Part shown: positions 1-9,600 of the stretch, piece by piece
Layout: each line of letters starts with the position of its first letter
Numbering within the stretch: the first letter of the stretch is position 1
DNA from: an uncultured Clostridia bacterium
GTDB taxonomy: Bacteria; Bacillota; Clostridia; Christensenellales; UBA3700
NCBI GenBank assembly: GCA_946623205.1
Contig: CAMOQV010000001.1
Span: 1-42,316 of the forward strand
Length of the DNA stretch: 42,316 bases
Direction: 5' to 3'
Translations under genes and position numbers: made by a program
The notes under the pieces: generated by a model
Told to the model about the DNA's origin: nothing
The model's database searches: none
Seen by the model: only the letters and a program-made list of their open reading frames with translations

Positions 1-88
1 TTCCATGTATAGATGTTAAATAAACGTGTTTTCATATCGATGTAATTATAGTTTTATTCAATTAATTTTGTCAATAATGTTTTTAAAC

Positions 89-376
89 TTATTCACTAAT
101 CTCATAAACCTTTAATGACTTATCAAATCTAGACTTATTTAAAACATCCAAAATAGGAAGGCTTTTGCATCTATCGGCATGTTTTTGTAAACATTCCATA
201 TTTTCCCATCTTTCGAAAAAGACAATTTCTTTATCCTCTTTATTATATTGAGAAACATCAAAGGCTATGCATCCATCATCAATACCCTTAGACATCTTTG
301 CATGCTCTTTTGCAGCCAACATAAATACTGGCACGTCCTTTTCTTCTAATTTGTTTACACATACTACATATATCAT
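89..376 (-). CDS. ABM-domain protein (antibiotic-biosynthesis-monooxygenase-like / putative quinol monooxygenase family)
   Basis: 95-aa ORF. Its size and the FFERWENMECLQKHA segment fit the small ferredoxin-like ABM fold. Recognised by eye only. Confidence 0.5.
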   Translation of the reverse strand: MIYVVCVNKLEEKDVPVFMLAAKEHAKMSKGIDDGCIAFDVSQYNKEDKEIVFFERWENMECLQKHADRCKSLPILDVLNKSRFDKSLKVYEISE

Positions 377-422
377 AAATTCACCCTTTTAAATATTTAT
401 TTTTTCTTAGTATAATATAGGC

Positions 423-650
423 ATGGACGATATTAAACCACTAACCGATGAAGAAAAAGATTTAATAATCAATTGGTTCATCAAAAACGAGGGCCCTCGA
501 GGCGAAGCTCAGATTAAGACTTATAGACTAAGAGATAAGTTAGACAAATCTCCTAAAGCTTCTCACGAACTAATCAAAACAAATATTGAAACTAATTCTT
601 ATAAGATTGATTCTATGAGTTTTTATTTAGTCCTTATGGCTCACATTTAA
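423..650 (+). CDS. hypothetical small protein (75 aa), doubtful
   Basis: The ORF starts 7 nt after a TATAAT box (411-416) and has no SD, so it would be leaderless. Its stop (648-650) directly abuts the stop of the convergent giant gene (651-653). It contains a GC-rich palindrome that could be the operon terminator. No recognisable domain. Confidence 0.25.
   Translation: MDDIKPLTDEEKDLIINWFIKNEGPRGEAQIKTYRLRDKLDKSPKASHELIKTNIETNSYKIDSMSFYLVLMAHI
483..505 (-). terminator. possible weak intrinsic terminator of the giant-gene operon
   Basis: The GC-rich palindrome CGAGGGCCCTCG (488-499) is the only GC island in the region. On the minus strand it is followed by TTTTT (483-487). The stem is short, 4-5 bp. 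Confidence 0.25.
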
Positions 651-3600
651 TTATATATCGTTAGGATCCAAGCTAAGTTTTATTTGCCCATATGTAACTT
701 TTATACTATAAGATCCAGTTACATCATTTCCGTTTTCATCATAGATATGTAACTCGCTAATCTTATTTTCTTGTACTCCAACGATTTGTTGTGGTGTTAC
801 AAAAGTGCACGCTATTCTATGTCCGCTAACCAATGTTCCTTGAGATAGGAATACTTCTTGATGTATGCTTCCGTTTGTTATTAATTGAGAAATAGAATTT
901 GTAGAGATTGCAATATATTTTGGTTTAACTACAACAGCATTTCCATTAACAACAATACGATAATTATTTGCAATGTTTGTTGTTCTAAATACATCTGAAC
1001 TGCTATAAACGCAAATCTCGTTTACATTCAAATCCGCAGCCTTAATTACGCCAGCATTAACAATTGGGCCCCTTATGCTTTGCATTGTCCATTCAATTAC
1101 AACATTTGAAGGTTGAGAAACTATTGTCCAAGCATTTGTCTTTGGACTTATTTCTTGTCCAGTGTATGTCTTAATGTAATTCTTTACATTAATTACAATA
1201 ATTTCCTTATCTGTCATTTCTACTTGGCCGTCAACCATATGGATGATAAATCTATTTGTAACATCATTTCCATAAGAGTCGAATAGCTTAAACTTCATAA
1301 TTTTACTTCTACTTATTCCAACGCCGACTTGACCGCCCAAAATCTCACATTCATATGTATATCCTTTGCTAATCAAGTTTTCAAACAAGCCTTTGTTTAC
1401 ATAAACTCCACTCTCGTTTGTAAATTCATATGATTCAACTTGTTGCTTTGGAGCAAGCTCAGCATCTGGATTCAATGGATCAAATGAACCTAATGTAAAT
1501 ACTGGATGTATATACATTTCTTTATCATAGAAATAATCTTCAACGTTAACAGTACTTGAAATATCTGAATCTTGTGAATTCTCGTTGTTGCTACCGCTTC
1601 CGCTAGCACCACCACTACTATTTGAATCGCTTCCAGTAACTTCTACAGCAATCCATCCCAATCCATATACATATACTTCAACCCAAGCATGTGCTTGTTT
1701 TTTAGTAATTGAAGTCTTTGTGTTAGGTTCTGTAACTTCGCCCTTTAATCCAACAACAAGTCTCGCTGGAATGCCTAATGTTCTATATAACAATGTTGCA
1801 GCACTTGCATAATGTCTACATACACCTTCTTTGTACTTAGTTAAGAATGCATATACAAAATCTGATTCTTCATCTAACGCTGGATCATATGCTAAGTTAT
1901 ATTTAGCAGACTTTTGAATATATTGAGCAACCTTTTGAATAACTGCAGAATCGCTAATTGTAAAGCCTTGACTGTTTATAATACTGATTAAATATTGTTT
2001 CAATTCGCCATCTGGAACAGTTAAATAATTAGATCTAAATAAATTGCTCATTCTATAATCTTGCTCAATTATTCTTAAATCTTGAGTTGTTTGAGATAGT
2101 TGAGTTAATATACCAACTGTTGAATCTCTATATTCTATTTCATACCCAAAGCCATCATGTTCTAATGTATGCAACTCTTGTGGATCCATATATTCCATTG
2201 CTGTATAGTATGGAACTAAAGCACCGTCAATAAATGATTTGATTGTTACATTATTTTTGCTTACTCCTAAATCACCTAGAGCAAGGCCTGTTAGAGCGTT
2301 ATATGAATATGTCTTTTCGTTATATGTAAATGTTCTATTTGCAATAGAACTATCCTCTGCATTCCATGTTGATCCTGTATAGTTTGCATAAGCTTCAGTC
2401 TTTAGATAAATCGATCCTGCGACATCTGATGTAACCATACATAATACTGATTCTTTATCTGCACCATTGTTATCTTGGTAATCAAAATTTTCATCCCAAT
2501 CTTGAATATTATCTTCTTCTGGATCTTCTGGCATATCTTTTTCGTCTGCAACGATTGTTAATGTACCGAAAATAATATTTACTGGCTCATAGAATTCTTC
2601 GTGTTCCCCATATACTTTAGCTGATGCCTTATTTGGAACAGAACCAATATCTACAATTCTTCCGTAGATTTCAACCGCAAGTTGATCGCCTTCTAAAACA
2701 GAGCCTGTCTCGATAATATAATGGTCATACATTAATGGAGTGCCACTATATACTGCATATTTACTACCTGTCTTTATGGTAATTTTTCTCTTAATGATTT
2801 CTATGTTACCTTTTGTGTCAATATTATATTCATAGTTTTCGCTAACATCTACATCATTTGTTTCATCTTCATCGCCATCACTGCCATCGAAAACAGAGAT
2901 ATCATAATCTATAATGTATGTTTCGTTTTCAGATAATCCTAATTCTAATCTTCCGCCGCCAAATGTAACGCTATTTACGACCATATAATGGCCATCAACG
3001 AATCTGCTTACTTTTTGCAACTTTCCATCTACAATACCATCTACAAGAATCTCTTCAATATCTTTTGCTGTTTGCATTTCGCCTGTGTATTCTAATGAAG
3101 CATTAGATGGTCTAATATAAATTAGTTTCTTATGAATAATTAAATTAATACTGCTAAATTCAACTATTGTTCCAGCTAAATCGACAAACGAAATTGCATA
3201 ATAGTTAGCTTCTTTATACTCATCTAAATCTGCATCATAAGTTAAAACTTTAATATCGCTTGTGTTTATTACGTATTCACCTGCATTGGTTTTAGCGAAT
3301 TCAGCTACATTAATAATATCGTCGCCTAATAGTTTTGTGTTATCTATAATATATTCGCTAATGTTAGGTGTATGCTCTTTAGCATCATATTCATATTCAA
3401 TATTGCTAATTTGGATATATATTTGTCTTGCTACGATATTTAAAGTTTGCGTTCTTAATTCAACATCATAACAATCAGCGTTGTCTAGAATATATTCACC
3501 AATCTCAACTGTATATTCGCCAATCTCTGTGCCTTCGCCTATAAATTCGAGAACACGTAATTCGTCGCCGCCAACCAAGCTTCCTTCTATAAATTCATAT

Positions 3601-6600
3601 TCATCTATAGTATGAACTTCTCCATCGTATTCAACCTCAATATGTTTTGGAGCAACAACTAATTTACGAGGAACGACTTGCACATATGATTCATCATTTG
3701 TGTACGTAATAATAAAGTTACTTGTAACTGTGTATCTCATCGTGCCATCGCTGTATGTTATTACAGGATTACTCATCGAAGCATAGCCATCTCCTGGAGT
3801 CTTTACGCTTAAGCTATATGTTGGGCTAAATGTGAATATTATTTGCTCTAGAGCATCATCTATTATGAATGCATTTGCTGCTTCACCTGCTGCTATATGA
3901 TCACCACCAAACACAATTGCTGGAGTATGAGCTTTACCATCATATTCAAATACCGAATGTTCCGCTTCTTCATCCCAAGCCACATTTAAAACTCTCGGAT
4001 TAATTGTTAATGTAACAACTGGAACATCCGATTCAATTATTGTTCCTTGTGCGTTTCTATAATTAACCTCTATTCCATCTTTCACGAAATGGACATTATA
4101 ATATCCTTTCATAAATAGATCAAAATCTATCATAGAGTAGCTATATACATAATCTGCATTTTGTACATCTTTTACGTTTGCAGTTGTATATGGGGCTAGA
4201 TTTAATTTATCGCCAAATACTAAATTAGTCTCATCTTGTAGCGGATCTCTATATGAAACGTTGTTATATTCGTCTTCTTCTTTAATAACTTCATGTATAT
4301 CTGGACTATGCTTTAATCCATCATATGTATATTCTGCGTTTGCTATAGAAATATAAATATGTATTGGGTTGATTGTCAATGTAACTGGGTTTGGTCCCAC
4401 TGGAAGAACCTGATAATAGTCAGCAGGGATCCTCTCGCCATAGTTATTATATGAAACTATTGGATAATACTCTTCAACAGTTTCTATTCCGTTAATTGTC
4501 TTTGTAATAGTATTGTTTTGAACATCGTAAACATACGTGCCAACACCAATAAAGCCTTTGTTTATAACTTCATCTCCTGGCAACAATTCATATCCATCTA
4601 CTGGATAGAATAAAATTTCCGCAAATTTCTCGTTGCCATCATATGTTACAGTGTTATCCTCTGTATGTAGATATACTGGTACAGGATTAATAGTTAGATT
4701 AACCATAGGGTTTGAGCCATCTTTTAATGCATTATCCCCATCTACAAATCCTAAAATTGTATAATTGCTTGTTACTTCTTCATTGTTAGCATTTAATATC
4801 TTTAATTCGCTTAATTCGAATTCGTAAACATAATCCCCATCTGCGATTGATTTAATCGTTGTTCTTGTAAAGTAGTCTACATTGAAATGGTCTCCATCCA
4901 TCAAGCCAACATCGCTACCAACTATTGGTTCATAGCTATCATTGACCTTCTTTACTACGCTAAAGGTTGGAGAGTGTGGTTGTCTATTATATATATAAAC
5001 TCCATTTACGGCCTTAACATAGATCTCTCTATTTACGATAAATAGAGTTACACCTTCTATGCCCTCATCAAACAATACGCCATCACTATCTACATAGTGA
5101 ATGTTATAATATGTAGCATACTCTAACGAAGCTGCCATCTTAATTTGAGCATTTAGTGGAGCGAAATGATATGTTCCAATTTCTTTGCCTTTATATGGTT
5201 CTTTATCTAATGTATCGCCAGATAGTAGATTTGTATTATTGAATGAAACTACATAAGAAACAACGCTATCAACAGTTTGCTTCATCACTTCTTGGATGCT
5301 TGGATAATGGTCTTTTCCGTCATAGATAATAGTCGTATCAGTCAATTGATAATATATATCTATCTTCTTAATAATTAACTCAACATAAGCCATACCTTGA
5401 GCAAATTCATTATCGTTTGAATCAATGTAATGAATTTCATAGTATGTTGGATCTTCGGCAGCCATTCTCTTTATTTGCATTTCAAATGGATTAAATGTAT
5501 ATTCGCCAACTTCTATTCTTTCAAATGGAGATAAATACAAATAATCATTTGTTAACAACATCGACTCTTCTGCATCGACATATTGAACTAAATCTGCATC
5601 CCAAACAACTTCTTTAATTGTTGGAGTATGCTTATTTCTATCGTAAGATACTTGAGTATCTATTAACTTGATATAAATATCTCTCTTTTCAATTTCAAAA
5701 GCTGATTGAGTATTATCATCTTTAAATGATATTTGATAATAATCAACAACTTGCTTATTAGCATCTACAATTGTAATACCTGCAATATCTATTGCATATT
5801 CCCCTATATCTGTTCTTTCATAAGGCGTAATATCAATTGAATCTCCATCAAGTAGGTTACTTTCAAAGCTATACTCTTTAATATTTGGATTTTGTTTTGC
5901 TCTATTATATGGAGTTGTATATATAGCATCTATGCTAATTACGATATCAATCTTTGTAATTTCTAATGTTACTTGAGCGTTTTCAACATTAATTGTGTTG
6001 TTCAATTTGTCTACATAACTAATGTTGTAATACGTACATGCAGTATATACATTGTTTTTATATTTAGCGATTGGATAATAATCCTCTATAGTTTCCTCGC
6101 CATTTACATTCATCGTAATCTTATTTGTATATAAATCATATGCATATGTGCCAATTGCGCTAAATACTGGAACGTATGCTATATCTCCTGTCAATATCTT
6201 TGTAGTTTCTTCTGTTGCATCAACATATGTACCTGATACGTCATCGTAATATACTTCTTTTATTATTGGACTATGAAGCTCTCTATCAAATGATGTTGAG
6301 TAATTATCTAACATCAAAGTAATTTCTATTGGAACAATTGTAATTGTTACAAATATATTACCTTGCGTTACTGGTACTGCGTCAACAGGCATACCATTTC
6401 CATCTAGTGTTATTGCATAATATTTAATTTCATAATAATCAACAACTTCTTGCGCACTATTTAAAACCTTTTTATCGTTTAGATCAAACGTATCTGTACC
6501 CACATCAGTTCTCTTATAATCTGAAGTTGAATATGAATCCCCAGATAATAAGGCAGCATAATCTGGGATAACCCCGGCATCGTGTGCATGGCCGTCGTAT

Positions 6601-9600
6601 GTGAATGTATATTCTATTAACCCAATTTTGAATTCTATTTTACTAATTATTATTTGAGCTGAAGATATATCATCTTTAAATGTTATGTTATAGCAATATG
6701 TCTCTATATCACCATTTGCGTCCTTAATGTTAATATCAGATATATCAACATCATATGATCCAATATCTGTTTGTCCATATGGTGTTAAATCTAGATAATC
6801 GCCAGAAATCAAATTGCCTTCATATGACACTTTTGGATATTGCACTTCTCTTGTATAAGAAGAATCTAAATCTTCTATCGTAACTAATACGTCTATCTTT
6901 TCAATTGTTAATGTAGATAGGATATTATCAAACGAAATATCGTAATACGAAACAGCACCATCTGATTCATTAACGACTTCTATATCGCTAATATCGATAT
7001 TATATACACCTGGGTTAATCTTTGCATATGGTGCAAGATTCAAGCTATCACCATTTAAGCAACTTCCTGATGTAATGCTAATTTCCGGACGTTGATAATC
7101 TCTTGTATATGTAGTAGTTTTTGATGGTTCAATAGTAACCATTAAAGCTCTCTTTGTAATATTGAATGTTATAATTGCATCATCTAAATCTATAGAATTG
7201 CCATCCAAATCTACAAAATAGATTTCATAATAACTAGCATCAGAATCCACATTATCTTCATTATGAAGAATTGGATAATAATGTTCCTCTAAAACTGCTT
7301 CGCCTATTGTTGCAGTAAGTGTTTGCGTTTTAAAGTTGAAAACATAGCTTCCTATTTCAATAAAGCTTCTAATTGTCAAATAATCGTCAGGTAACAATAC
7401 TGAAGAATTTGTTTCTGCAGATACATATTGAGCGCCATCCCATAGGACTTCTTTAATATGTGGTGCATGAGATGTCTTTGTATATTCATAAGACTCATCT
7501 TGTATTATTTGTAAATATAAATCGATTTTCTTAATAGTTAATGTAACGCTATCTTTATTATCCTTATAAATTACATTGTAGCAATCTGTAACATCTTCTT
7601 GCGTTTCGCTATTTAGAATCTTTAAATCATAATTTGTAAAACCATAAATTCCAACTTCTGATCTTAAATAACTATCTTTATCTATATAATCATTTTCTAG
7701 TAACTTCGATTCCCCGCTTATTACTTCTTCTATTTCTGGTCGAACATATCCTCTATCGTATTTATAAATTTTATCTGTTAACGCAATAGTAATAACTCTT
7801 GGGACAATTGTTAATGTAACTGATGTCTTATCCTCATAGCAGTGTATTTGATAATGATGAGTTACGTCTTCTCCTGTCTCTAGATTATGGAATTTAATTT
7901 CATCTGCATAATGAGTATATGTGCCAATTTCGCTATGCCACCAACCAACATCGCTATATGCATCTCCTGTCAATAAATAGCCTTCCAAAAACTGATTGCC
8001 TTCCAAATCTACTGATTTCATAGTTGGCATATAATTAGCTCTTGAATACTCTACTTCTCTATCCTCTAAGCGCAAATATACATCTATTTTTCTAATTGTT
8101 AGATTTGCTATAACATCTTCACTATCTAAATAAGGTGTATCTAATTCATCAACATAAGATATCTTATAATAATCAACATTAATTAATTCTTCATCAACTC
8201 GTCTTTGAATTATATTAAAATCTTCCTCTTCATCATCTGGCATTAGAATCTTATTTTGTGTTAGGTTATAGTTATATTCACCAACTTCGATAAACTCTCT
8301 TGTAATGAAGACATCCCCATCTAATAAGCTTCCACTCAATAATTCAAATGTTGGATGATGTGCTTGTCTATCAAAAGCAACATTAACATCTGTTATCCTT
8401 ATTGTTAATTCAATAGGATTAATTGTTAATGTTACAATTTCTTCAGTATTTATAGTGTTATCTTCATTGATAAAACCTAAAATTTCGTAATACGTCTTGA
8501 TATTTTCTTCATTTTGATCGTATATCTTTAGATTGTTTAAATCAAAGGTATATGTATAATCATCTTTGTTTAATCTCTCATCTAATGGCTTTACGTGCTC
8601 TCTTGTAAAGAAGCCAAGATTGAATCTATCTTCACCAAGAAGACCAATATCGCCATTTTCAATTTGCACATACGAAATGTCATTAGTTAATTCATCTACA
8701 ACTTTCTTAACTATAATAATCTCTGGACGATATTGTTTTACACCTTCAAATGTAAATGTCTTATTTATAGTCTTTATATAGAATGCTCTCTTTATAATAT
8801 TCAATGTAGCTACATCTTTGCCTTCAACAAATCTTACATCGTAATAGCTAACTTCATCACCATTTGAATTTCTAATCTTTACGTTTTTAATGTCATATTC
8901 ATAACTACCAACTATGCTGTTTCCAAATTCAGATACATCAATATAATCACCCGCAAGCAACTTGCTCTCGCCATCTATATATTCAAATGCATTGATAGCA
9001 TAGTAGTTATCATCAAATATAACTGTTTTTTCTTCATTTGTTAGAGTAACAATTCTCTTTAAAATCTTTAAGCTTCCGAAATCTTCATCTACAATTGTGA
9101 AATATTTTTCTGAGTTATAATCTAAAACGGCTCTAACAACAACCTCAGATTCTGCCAATACCGGGTTGTAATCTATCATCTTTGCAAGAACTGGATAGAT
9201 AGTACCTGTTCTATTATTTTCCGTATCATATATGCCAGGCAAATCTAACTCTTCTGGCACATATGGTTCATATTCTCCCGTTAGTGCATTTAATCTTAAT
9301 AGATAATATGTTGGTTCATCCTCGCTATATAAAGCAGTGCCGTCATATTCTTTTTCTTTGCTTTGAGTTGTTACCTTTAATTTAACTTTTTCTACAACTA
9401 AATCGCCTAATACCAACTTTAATTTATAGTTAGTACTCTCTATGCCATTTTCATAATCATCTTCGCTTTCATATATCTTAATATCCAAATCGTTTGTTAG
9501 TGTCCCTGGATATGTAAGTGTAGGAATCGAAGATCCTTTACTAACTCGAATTAGCGCATCTTTATATAACGTTCCTTCTACGTGTTCAAATCCAGCCGTT

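Noticed and set aside
1-35. A possible minus-strand gene start (ATG at 33-35, MKTRLFNIYTW...) running off the window edge
   Set aside because: Only 11 codons are visible, there is no clear RBS, and it cannot be evaluated.
1570-1640. The Ser/Gly/Asn low-complexity stretch (GSDSNSSGGASGSGSNNENSQDS) as a slippage-prone microsatellite
   Set aside because: The codons are heterogeneous and there is no perfect short tandem DNA repeat. It looks like an ordinary flexible linker.
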